Shown here one piece after another: positions 1-13,308 of a stretch of DNA of 64,000 nt; positions within the stretch are counted from its first letter, which is position 1; every line of letters begins with the position of its first letter. A program made the position numbers and the translations under genes. The DNA is from the human T2T-CHM13v2.0 reference genome, Homo sapiens. The stretch lies in NCBI RefSeq assembly GCF_009914755.1, contig NC_060942.1; one strand, 5' to 3'. Below the pieces are notes generated by a model that was not told the DNA's origin, did no database searches, and saw only the letters and a list, made by a program, of their open reading frames with translations.

Positions 1-24
1 AAAAAAAAAAGAAACAAATCAATC

Positions 25-31
<7 letters not shown>

Positions 32-57
<26 letters not shown>
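32..57. repeat. (CA)n microsatellite
   Basis: Perfect AC run just inside MYOM1 intron 4. Confidence 0.9.
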
Positions 58-112
58 CCCTTATGACATGCATTTCCACCTTTGTAAGTTACTTTAAACT
101 GTCTTTTCTTAC

Positions 113-452
113 TGTTTTCCTCAGGGACAGGCGTTCTGCCTTTTCTCGAATCACAACTTTCCTTGACTTCTTTTCAGAAGTTTCTTCCTGTTGAAGAGCG
201 GATGTGGCCTGTTTGGAAACCACAGACTGCCTGGATGCCGTGGACTGCCTGGATGCCGTGGACTGCTTGGATGCTGTGGACTGCTTGGATGCCGTGGACT
301 GCTTAGATGCCGTGGTCTGCTTGGATGCCGTGGACTGTTTAGATGTTGTGATTCCTTCCTCACTAGCAAGAAGATTCCTCTGGGCTATATAAGCAGCAGC
401 TTCTTTAATTCTTTCTTCTTCCGTATCAGTAATTCCACTGACATGCTTTTGA
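113..452 (-). CDS. MYOM1: Myomesin-1 coding exon 4 (340 nt; R|QKHVSGITDTEEERIKEAAAYIAQRNLL...KAERLSLRKT)
   Basis: Translation matches the myomesin-1 N-terminal head. Acceptor tgttttag|T at 453/452 and donor ACA|gtaaga at 113/112. Phase 2 in and phase 0 out; cumulative CDS 771 nt. Confidence 0.97.
200..343 (-). repeat. MYOM1: Coding 18-bp tandem repeat, about 8 units (SKQSTA/SKQTTA/SRQSTA/SRQSVV/SKQATS)
   Basis: Plus-strand unit GGATGCCGTGGACTGC(C/T)T repeats with period 18; the hexapeptide repeat is visible in the translation. Confidence 0.95.
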
Positions 453-726
453 CTAAAACACAACAATGGCAAAATGTAGATGTTGTGGATGGCAGTGATA
501 AGATTGAGTAATTTTACTAAGTTCAAAGTACCACATCTCAGACACTGTATCCTGCACCAAAAGAAAATCCGACATAGAAAAAGCAGGTGAATCAGAAGCT
601 GACACTTCATGTACAGAAGTATTCCTCACCTTAACAAATAACAACAATAATAACACCTATGATGGCCCTGGTGCTTTTCACATACACTATCTTGTTTCAT
701 CCCCTTACAAACCCTATGAGATAAAC

Positions 727-1024
727 TTTTTTTTTTTTTTTGATATGGAGTCTCGCTCTTGTTGCCCAGGCTGGAGTGCAGTGGTGCGATCTCAGCTCAC
801 TGCAACCTTGGCCTCCTTGTTCAAGCAATTCTCCTGCCTCAGCCTCTCAAGGAGCTGGGATTACAGGCTCCTGCTACCATGCCTGGCTAATATTTTGTAA
901 TTTTAGTAGAGACAGGGTTTCACCATGTTGGCCAGGCTGGTCTCGAATTCCTGACCTGAGGTGATCCACCAGCCTTGGCCTCCCAAAGTGCTGGGATTAC
1001 AGGCATGATCCACCGTGCCTGGCC
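727..1024 (-). mobile_element. Alu (AluS-type)
   Basis: Poly-T followed by reverse-complement Alu ending ...cctggcc; TSD-like agataaa. Confidence 0.95.
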
Positions 1025-2997
1025 AAGATAAATTATTATTTCTGTTTTAAATATATGGTAACGAAGTTCAGATAAGTTAGATAACTTGGCCAAGGTCGTC
1101 TCACTGGTTGTCTTAGTGTGTTTAAACATGATTTTGTTTAAAATAAAAGATTATGGTTCCTTTCCAGAAAAGCTATATTGTCAAATGAGATCTAGTTTGT
1201 GTGCCTGTGACCCTGATACATGAGTAGGAGCTTGATCTGGGTTCTGTCACTTTGCTGATGTAATGCATTGCCTGGAGTTGTTACAGGTATGAATAAGTTC
1301 TGAATTTACATGAGGTTCCTTATGCCTACTGGGTTTCTTTCTAAGATAATACATGTTGTGTGTGCATATACTATGTGTGTACCTATACTATATACTAAGA
1401 AATTATCAAACTTGTGATGGAAGTGGTGACGTTTATAAATGTGACTCGTTATTATTCATAATTGACAATAGTAAGGGAGTGGCAACATCCCAAGTGCAAT
1501 GCCTACTGTGGCAGTTTATGATAGAATCTGTGCTGTGATTTATTCATGTCGTTTAAAAATATTTGAATTATTTTAACATATTTCAATGCCTTTTGTTGTT
1601 AACCCCCTCAAATGTTTCGTGAGAGAGTGTATTGATTACATCGAAGATTCTCTTGACATTGAGTCTCCTTAGACCTCTTAAGACAGAATCGTGCATTCTA
1701 AGAATGATTACTTCAGAATGTAAGCAAATGCTGCCATTGTGTTAGCAAGTTCCTAGCATCTAAATCTATGCTGCTTGCTGAGGAATGAGATTCCACATTT
1801 GCCAAGATTGGGGTTTCTCATGGACTATTCCTAAAACATCTGGCAGACGAGATGAGTCCACGTTGTTTCTGACTAAATGTAGTGAGTAAATTTTAAGTTT
1901 TTTTCTCTCTCCGTAAATATTAATAAGCTAATCCCTACTATGGATGTTAGTAATATGTCCATTATTATTTGGGGGGCAGGAAGAAGATGAAAGATTTTTA
2001 GCTTAGTGTCCTCACATAATGACCTCTCATTCTTTTTTGAACAAGATAGGAAATGAATGAATTACTAACTGAATACAAAACAAACCATCAGGAGAATTTG
2101 CTTGGAATTCTCTATGGAAGTCAATATGCAATAGGGAGATGTGAAATGAGCTTTGTGAGCTGTTTCAATTCATGTAATGATGGATCATATTCAGTGCTAG
2201 TCTTGCCCCAGGCTCCAAGTAAGAGAACTTTATGTTTAAGTTCTCATTACTACTGATACTGGATATGTTGGCACAGCTCTAGAGGGCCAAATGAAGTGAT
2301 AGTCTCCTTGCCTTTTCCATTTACAAAGAAGCTAAACTTCGAAAAAAAACTAATTATTTCACACGAGAACTCAACTACAGTTAAAAAGTATGTTAGACCC
2401 AGGCAATAGGGATATTCTCCTTTAAGTAAAAGTCAGGATTTATCAGTGATAACCCTTCTATAATGTGGACACAAAAGCAAAACTGTGAGGCTAACATGTT
2501 GACAAAAGTATACTACTACAAAGTAAAAATAAATTTAAAATCTCCCGGTACTCTGCGAATCTCTGACAGTCTCAATTCAAAAATCTCTTGTTGACACAAA
2601 GTTTACTCGATTTATTGGAATATAAGTGGAAATTTCAGGTGCCATGCAGAGGAAATGGTATTTTCCAGAAGCACACTGTGAGTGCAGAGGGCATGTCCAC
2701 TGCATTCGCCAGGCCTACGTGGGACTTTCAATTCTTTACCTCCCAGGCATGCAGCTTTCAGCAAGTCACTCTGCCATGATTTCCTTGTCCAAAACGTTGA
2801 TATATTAATATCTCTGCAGGGTTGTATGGAGAATTTAGCAAGATGGTTTATATAAAGCACCTTGCGTGAGTCCCAGCAAATAATAATAGACACTCAACAA
2901 ATGTTCATTTCTTTTCCATCCTCTCCTCAGATTGTTAATACTGCCAAAACCACTGTGAAATGTTATTTTTGACACAGTAACAGAGTATAGGTGATGA

Positions 2998-3360
<363 letters not shown>

Positions 3361-3747
3361 TCACGTCTTCTTTTATCACAGTGTATTTGTAAATGATCAC
3401 TTCTTGAGATTGGCCCGGAAGAGAAAAATAGTTTGGTGTGGACAGAGCAGGGAGAAGATGTTAGGAGTAAGAAGCTTCATTTTGTGCCCTGCCAGGTGGA
3501 GTCATGTCACGTAGGCTGGTGTTAAGCTGATGTGGTTTTTAAATGATTTTTTGAAACAGAGTGGGAAAAATACTGGAGACAAAAGATTTTACCGCTCTAG
3601 CCTACCATCTCTTATAAGGAATGCGAGTTACATTAAGCTACTGTGAAGAGGTCAAAAGGCTGGGCATCCATACTTAGCAGTGAAAACATGTTTGTCTGGA
3701 AAGTTCACTTAAAAAAATCAGAGATAGCAAAGATATCAAATAAAAAG

Positions 3748-3757
3748 CTAAAAATAG
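3748..3757. promoter_or_regulatory. Consensus MEF2 site (CTAAAAATAG), MYOM1 intron 3
   Basis: Exact match to YTAWWWWTAR; function untested. Confidence 0.35.
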
Positions 3758-4347
3758 AATGTTATTTATCCCTTTACCTTCCTAATTGGGTTCAGAGCAA
3801 TTATGACATTAGCCTCTGACACAAGTCAGAAAGGAACTGTCAGAGGGCAATGGAAAGAAAAACACAGGCAACAGAAGTAGGTCACCATCAATCACAACCA
3901 AATTATTTCCTGACTTCCAAGAGGATCTACTTTTCCATGACATTTGCTCTTAGAGGATGGCCTCACTTTGAGTGTCACCTGAGCTATGGGAATAACTCTC
4001 TGTTCAAAGAGAAATAAATAGGAGATGAACCAGAAAGCTCCTGTTGAGCTTTAATCTTGGTGTCCAGGACAAGTTTCCTTTCAAGATTCCTTTAAATATT
4101 ATTACTGCTCAAAAATAATGTTTATGCAATAAAGATAGAAAAGTGGCATCACACAGACTTGTGATTTAGTGATTATTTTGTCTGAAGTTTACCTCAAAGT
4201 AAATAGCAATCTATTTCCCATTGAACAAGGCATTCAAATTATGATGAGATTTTTTCCCCCAATGAATAATAATTAAAACCACATTGATAACCAAGATATT
4301 TTTCAGCTACCTAAATGTGTCATCTTGGGTTTTTTTTTAAAAGTTCA

Positions 4348-4758
<411 letters not shown>

Positions 4759-5182
4759 TCACCCAACATTTTGTAGTTTTTGAAGCTTTCTTTTTACTCT
4801 GGCTGTCCTGTCCAATCACAAGCATCCCAGGATCCACTTCCCATTCCAGCTAGTTTTATAAGCAGCATTAAGTTCTGATCATTCTTGTTTGTCATGTAAC
4901 CATCCTACGTGATGGCAAAATTTCTGAAGAGGAAGTCCCTTTTAACACAGTTAACACATCTCTCTCAGTGCAGGGTTCCCAGCTTCCTCAGATCTGAATC
5001 AGTATATAGTAAGTGCTTAATAAAAGGTTAGCTGCTTTTACTATAATCTAACAAGTGCTCAATAAATGTTAGCTGCTATTTCTATAATCTGTCCACAACA
5101 ATTATGACTATAATCTGCCATTCCTATAGCACTTACTATATACTTCTTAAAAATTAAAGCCAGGAAGAAAAAGCACACTCAC

Positions 5183-5323
5183 CGTCCTGAGAAAATGGGT
5201 ACCATGTAGTCACTGGGCAAATTTTCTTTCTCTTCTCCAGACAGTAGGCTGTGCTTGGCTCTCTTTGGTTTGGGGCTCAACTTGGATGAATAATCATCTA
5301 ACAGCAGACTGGAATCTGTAAGT
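5183..5323 (-). CDS. MYOM1: Myomesin-1 coding exon 3 (141 nt; G|LTDSSLLLDDYSSKLSPKPKRAKHSLLSGEEKENLPSDYMVPIFSGR)
   Basis: Found by manual reading (too short for the ORF track). Acceptor atttcag|A at 5324/5323 and donor CG|gtgagt at 5183/5182. Joins exons 2 and 4 in frame. Confidence 0.96.
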
Positions 5324-6074
5324 CTGAAATAAACCACCTAACATCAGACAGTAACAAAAAAAGGCATTTACAATATTCAAAATACGATAGAGGAAGTTTT
5401 AACTTGGGAGAAATTTTACCAAATCCTAGATCTCTAATGTTACAATTATCTCTTATCTTTAGAATTAAAGTAGAGTTAGAAAGATTTCAAATAATGGATT
5501 CTATATAGACAGAAAAGAAAAATAGTGATAATAACTTTATGGCTACAGTAATTGCATGGCTTTTTCCCCCACTTAAAGTTTCAAGGGAAAAGAGTGATGT
5601 TTTTATGATAGTTCTAAATGCCCTTTTGTGTTAATGTCATGTTGGAAATTTAGGCAGTCTATATAAATGGTTTGATACATGGTGCATCCAAATTCTTTTG
5701 GGAGCTTATTTAAAATGCATACTTTTCTAGACAGGTCCATCCTGATGTAGGACCCTTGGTTTACACTGAGACCTTTATGTATTATAGGCAACTCCTGCCT
5801 TTGAAGGGACGTGGGGCTTATTAAATGATAGAGTTAACATATTTTATGGGAACACACGATGCCGATTGACTCAGTGGTGCACACGGGTGCGATAAGGAAG
5901 CCTTTGGTCAGTTCTGGCTTCCTGTGCACACTGGTACAAATGTGCACTTGGAGGCAGGTAGTGTTCTAATAAACCAAAAAATTGACTAGGGAAGTGGAAA
6001 ACATGAGAGCAGAGATAGCAGAGGAAAAGGACTGATGAAATGAAAAGAATAGTCTTAATTTATATAGCTCTTGA

Positions 6075-6185
6075 ATGAAATGAAATGCATTTTCATACAA
6101 ACATAAACAATTTGGCATAAACTTCAGGAGTTCATGAACTCCCTGAAGTCAATCCATGAACTTGGGGCTAAAAGTCCCTGATCTA
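6075..6185. mobile_element. Old hAT-Charlie MITE fragment (MER103-like) with internal palindrome
   Basis: Resembles the copy at 22712-22882; near-perfect palindrome at 6121-6149. Confidence 0.45.
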
Positions 6186-8426
6186 CACATTAAGAAAGAT
6201 GTTAACAATAGGGATCTGTATGGGAACCCTCTGCACTATCCTTGTAATCATTTTGTAAATTTGAAACTATTCTTAAAAAAAAAAAAGTTAATGTATTTTT
6301 TAAGAGCCCCCATCTAGAGAATCTCTAAAGACAAGGTGAACAGGGGTATTGTGGCATGGGAAAAGCCAAGCTGCCCAGTTGAAATAGAAAAACCTTCCAA
6401 ACCATCCAAACCTTGACCATTTCCTAATCTTGGAAAATCATTTGAAAAAGCAAAAGGGATTACCTAATCAAAAGCAGAAGAGAGGCCAAGCACATACATG
6501 GTACAAAATGGATATATGACGATGCGAGAAAACAAGTAGCACAGGACTTTGACATGCAGGGCAGGCAGCGGCCCCTTGAATCCTCCAGGGAGGTCGCATG
6601 GAAATGGCCAAACTCTTCCTTCCCCACTATCTACCACCTCCCCCAGTGGGGAATATCCATCTCTTTTTCTATGATGAGCATTAAAACTAAAGGTTAGAAC
6701 TTTGAATTTAAGCTTGTGGATTGGTTACAAACTGGAAGCCAGGGTGACATTTGTTCCTGGCCAGCTGTCCTGGGCAGCAGCAAAACGACTGCATTCTATA
6801 CCCCGGCAGGTCACAAAGTACAGGCTGTGCTTATACAGGTCTAAGTTTAAAGTGGTATTTTCCCTCACCTCTTTATTCCATTAGCATCCAAAATAACATA
6901 CTTATGGGGCTTAAGAGTTTCATTTTTTCCCCTGTTTCCAGAACAGTTGGATTTCTAATTTCTCTCCTGTTTTTCTGCTTTTGCTTTTCTCTCTTTACTT
7001 CCATTCTAGTGGCCACAGTCATAGTCTCATGAGCTCATTATTTTTTGACATTTATTTACATCAAAATAGCTATGATTTGTTATTCTTTTCATTGCATTGC
7101 TCCTTTTTCTGTCATTTATCCTTTAAGACAAATTCTTAAAATAATGCATTTATTACATAGAATGTGCCATAATATGAGTATTCCATTCTCACAAGTAAAT
7201 CACAGGCGCTGCTTTTTTTTTTCTTTATGTCCTTCCAATGTAAGAGCTGATTTTTAATAGTTGAACTTTATGCTAAAGACTCATGGCACTTTCATCAGCT
7301 TCCACTTCATATTTCATTTGGAACAGAAGAATTTTTAAAAAGCATTATGATGTTATGTGTTATATAGTACTGCTTAGAAAACGCAAGATCTTCACTTTTA
7401 TTATGCTAATATTTCTTCAAGCCTTTGATTTCTAATAAAGAGTATTGAAGAATTAGGTGTTAAAATACAATGCAAACTGATGATTTAGTAATGCTAAGAC
7501 GTTTATGTATTGAGGCTACCAAACAAAACTAAATCAGAGAGACACAAACTTTAAAGAAAGTGACTATGTTATAATAAGCATAATTATCTTAAGAAAAACC
7601 ATCCATAGTCTATTTTGTCATGATCCATGAACTCTGAAGTCCAACATCTTACTCTATCAAATTTTAAAGTTGAATAATGTTTCTAAAGGAGTTACATCGA
7701 ATATGTAGATTTTAAATTTCTTTGATCTTAAATCAAAGAGTTAAATAAGGGATTGCTAACCCCTTGGGCTTTTATGTATTTAAATTTTGAAAATAAGCCA
7801 ACAACTCAGTTTCTGAGTAGATACCAAACAATATGTATGGACTGGTGTCAGTCTTTACCTATTAAAACTACATGTAGTGTTTTTTAATGTACTTAGCTTA
7901 AATCTTGAAGCTTTCTGAATTTTGATGAAAGCAATCAAATTAAGCAAAAGGCAAGGGTTAATTGTGTGTGTGTGCAGGTATCTATGAGCCTGTAACTGTA
8001 TCTATATCTAGGTACATCTTTTTGTACTCCCCCACCAATTATGCTAGTCCTTGTTAATATGTCTACAGTTAACAGATTTTAAATACATATCCTGGTGTGT
8101 AGGACATTATCACATACATCTATGACTGGTAGCACCACAGGGAAGAGATGTAGCCAAGGTACAAAATGCACTCTCCGGAAATATTCCAGGAACTCAGAAG
8201 TAGACTTACACCTGCATTTAATTCAAATACTGAACAGAAAATATCATAACCACCTACTTGTTCAACTTCGTAACAGGAAAAGCAAGAACAAAACCATTTA
8301 TAGAATCTCAGAGCTGAAAGAGGACTCGGGGATATTTATATCAGGCCCTTGATTTGACAGATGTGGAAAGCAAAGCCTGGAGAGTGTTTGTAACTCACCC
8401 ATGCTCACACAGTGAGTTGGTGGTGA

Positions 8427-8806
<380 letters not shown>

Positions 8807-8931
8807 TAAAAAAATTGGGAGCATACTACCTATATATGTTTATTTATAAGTTCTATCCATATACTACTGTATAAATAGTCTAATTTTATGAAACATTCAA
8901 TCAATAGAAAAATACTAAAGACCACACTTGA

Positions 8932-9383
<452 letters not shown>

Positions 9384-9868
9384 TTATTCACCTAAATTGA
9401 AGTTATGAAATCATCAGTTACAGCTAAAAATAAAGCACAAAAAAAAACTCATTAAACTGAACATAAAGTAAAATGCTGGCCCCTTAAAGTTATGTTTATA
9501 ATCACTATATAATTTGGGGAAATTTTTCCAGGTTCACTAGGATGAATAAATGTATTCATGCTTATGGGAAGTATAGATCTGCTTAATGGCTATGTTATTT
9601 TCTGAAAACATTCTGACAGCCTATCAGCACGTTTCAGAGAAAGGATGAACTGTGGGCATTGTCTCCGCTGACTGTGCCACCAAAGCCAGCATCACCCATC
9701 CTTATGTGTTCAGGGTTAGGCTGCATTATTGGTTTCTCTGTCTTTCCCACTGCCTGTGACTACTCCAGAAGAGGGATGGTCTCAGTGATTTTTATATTCT
9801 CAGCACTGTGCCCAGTGCCTGACATAATTCAATAAATGTTTACTGAATGAAGTGAAATAAAGATTTAT

Positions 9869-10170
9869 GGCCAGGCGCAGTGGCTTACACCTGTAATCTC
9901 AGCACTTTGGGAGGCCGAGGTGGGTGGATCAGGAGGTCAGGAGTTCACGACCAGCCTGGCCAAGATGGTGAAACCCCGTCTCTACTAAAAATACAAAACT
10001 TAGCTGGGCGTGGTGGCGGGCGCCTGTAATCCCAGCTACTAAGGAGGCTGTGGCAGAGAACTGCTTCAACCCGGAAGAGGGAGGTTGCAGTGAGCCAAGA
10101 TCGCACCACTGCCCTCCAGCCTGGGTGACAGAGGGAGACTCTGTCTCAAAAAAAGAAAAAAAAAAAAAAA
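9869..10170 (+). mobile_element. Alu (AluS)
   Basis: Full dimer with poly-A; TSD aaagatttat. Confidence 0.95.
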
Positions 10171-10924
10171 GATTTATTCTCCTGTAGTAAAACCCTAGCT
10201 CAAGGATTCTCAACCCTGGTTTCACATCAGAATCAGCTGAGGAATGATTAAAAATGACTGATGCAGAGGTGGGACTTCCAGTATGGTGGAAGGAGTAGTT
10301 CCTCAGTTCCTCTCCCCAAAGCAGTGATGATATATAACACATTGTCAAAAATAACCAATCAGGGCTCTGAAAATCAATCAAAGGCGTACACTACACTGAG
10401 AATTCGCTATTCATAGAACAAACAAACAACTGAACTTCACGTATGAGCAGGGTGTCATTCCTGCCTAGGCTTCTCCCATCCCTTACCCCCAGCTTAGTCC
10501 ATAAGGTAGTTCAACCAAGATGAGAAAAGGCATGAAAAGGAGCAGCCAGGGAAGACTGACTTGATTTGGGGAACAATGTGATAAAACCCCACATCCAGCA
10601 GCACTGTGAATAACAGTAGCAATAATCTAGGTGGCAAACAAACAAGGGAAAACCAGCAGCTCAGCTAGCCTGAGGTTACAGTCAGGCTTGGGGCAAGCAG
10701 CAGATTGGTAGATCAGCCAGAAATTTACCAGGAAGATCTGGAAAATAAGGTAGTCACAGGGTCCTTCATAAGCTCTCCATACATATATGTGTGGGAAAAA
10801 TTGGAGAGGGCCAAGTTTTCCACACATCATTGGTTGACTGCAAGCCTGTGCACATGTGCAGAGGACAGGCAAGAGAGCCTGGAATTAAGCAAAACCAGAT
10901 TTACGTAAAAATTACCTGCACACC

Positions 10925-11230
<306 letters not shown>

Positions 11231-11480
11231 TTAGCTGTGCTCCCTAACACACACTCAGATCTACTGCCAGAGGGTGGAAGATTTACTGTCTTGAGCTGTT
11301 TGGGCACAATGTCTGACCACCATTAATCTATGCAAACACAGTGTGATTCCTAGGAATTCCGGCTTAAAAATGAGAACAAGAATTTAAAAAACAAAACAAA
11401 GCTGAGCAGAGACACCTGCAGCCACACAGCAGTTAAGGAGATTCTACAAGCATGTCCAGCCAAATTATTATTAAACAAAA

Positions 11481-11600
11481 CTGAGATCACACCACTGCAC
11501 TCCAGACTGGGCAACAGAGTGAGACTCCAGCTGAAAACAAAAACAAAAACAAAAACAAAAAAACCCAAAAAACAAAAAACAAAACCAAAATACAGCAACA
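11481..11600 (+). mobile_element. Alu 3' fragment with (CAAAAA)n tail
   Basis: ctgagatcacaccactgcactccag...gagactcc followed by a patterned A tail. Confidence 0.85.
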
Positions 11601-12481
11601 ACACACTCTGAGGAAAATTCAGAATTCAGAATTGTAACAATATATTATCTGACATGTCCCATTTTTAACAACAATAAAAGTTATGAGACATGCCAAGAAA
11701 TAGGAAAATGTAACCCACACCAATGGGAAAATAGTAGTAAGCAAAAATTGTCTCTGGGTTGTCCTTGATGTTGGGTTTAGCAGACAAAGACTTCAAAGCA
11801 GCAATTATAAATATGTTCAAAAACTGAAGGAAACCATGTTTAAAGAGTTAAAGGAATGTATTACAACAGTGACTCAACAAATAGAGAATGTCAACAAAGA
11901 AATATAAATTATAAAATAAAATCAAAGGACACTCTGGAGTTAAAAAGTACGATAACAAATGAAAATTTCTTAGAGGGACTCAACAGCAGATGTTAGATAA
12001 GGGAAGAAATAATCAATAAAGTTGAAAATAGAAATTACCCATTCTAAAGCAAAGAGAGATAAAAGAATAAAGAAAAATTAAAAGAGCCTCAGAAACGTGT
12101 GAGACAATGTCAAACATACTAACATATGAGTAATGGCAGTGCCAGAAAGGGAAGAGAGAGAGAAAGGGCAGGAAAATATATTTGAAGAAATAATAGACTA
12201 AAGCTTCCAAAATTTGATGAAAATATTAATCTATGGATCCAAGATGCTCAAAAAACCCAAGTAGAATAACACAGAAAAAGATACTTAGACCTGGAAATAT
12301 CGAAGTCAAACTGTTGAAAGTCAAAGCCAGAGAGAAACCTTGAAAGCATCAAGAGTAAAATGATTCTTTACACACAGGGGAACAATAATACTGTTAATGG
12401 TAGACTTCTCATCAGGAAAAATGGCACCGACATGACATATTTAAGTGCTGAAAAACAATGTTAATCAAGAATTCTATATCT

Positions 12482-12784
<303 letters not shown>

Positions 12785-12871
12785 GACTAAAGGTAATTTA
12801 ATTGTAATTTAAACCCACACGAAAAGATGGAGAACAACCAGACAGTAAATAATTGGGTAAATACAAAAGAC

Positions 12872-13005
12872 AGTGTGTGTACATACACACATACACACAT
12901 GTACATGCACATATATGTATATAAGTTTATACACACATATGTATATAAATTTATACGTATATAAGCTTATACACATATATGTATGTAAATTTTTACATAT
13001 ATATT
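12872..13005. repeat. Degenerate (TA/CA/TG)n low-complexity tract
   Basis: Alternating purine-pyrimidine sequence. Confidence 0.8.
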
Positions 13006-13016
13006 CTATTAAATTC

Positions 13017-13308
13017 TTTTTTTTTTTTTTGAGACAGAGTCTTGCTCTGTCACCCAGGCTGGAGTGCAATGGCGTGGTCATAACTATAACCTCGATCTCC
13101 CGGGCTCAAGCCATCCTCCCACCTCAGCCTCTCAAGTAGTTGGGACTACAGGCACACATCACCATGCCCAGCTAATTTCTGTATTTTTTGTAGAACTGGG
13201 ATTTCACCATGCTGCCCAGGCTGGTCTCAAACTCTTGAGCTCAAGTGAGTCACCCACCTCGGCCTCTGAAAGTGCTGGAATTGCACATGTAAGCCACTGC
13301 ACCCAGGC
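13017..13308 (-). mobile_element. Alu (AluJ-type)
   Basis: Poly-T plus diverged reverse Alu. Confidence 0.92.

Noticed and set aside
200-343. CRISPR-like array
   Set aside because: Head-to-tail tandem units without unique spacers, in a human coding exon.
151-511. Overlapping repetitive ORFs in other frames and strands (CLDAVD, CRGLLG, SSPRHP repeats)
   Set aside because: By-products of a stop-free 18-bp tandem repeat; no independent start or splice support.
89-610. 173-aa ORF as a complete gene
   Set aside because: Only 113-452 is exonic (MYOM1 exon 4); the rest is intron read-through.
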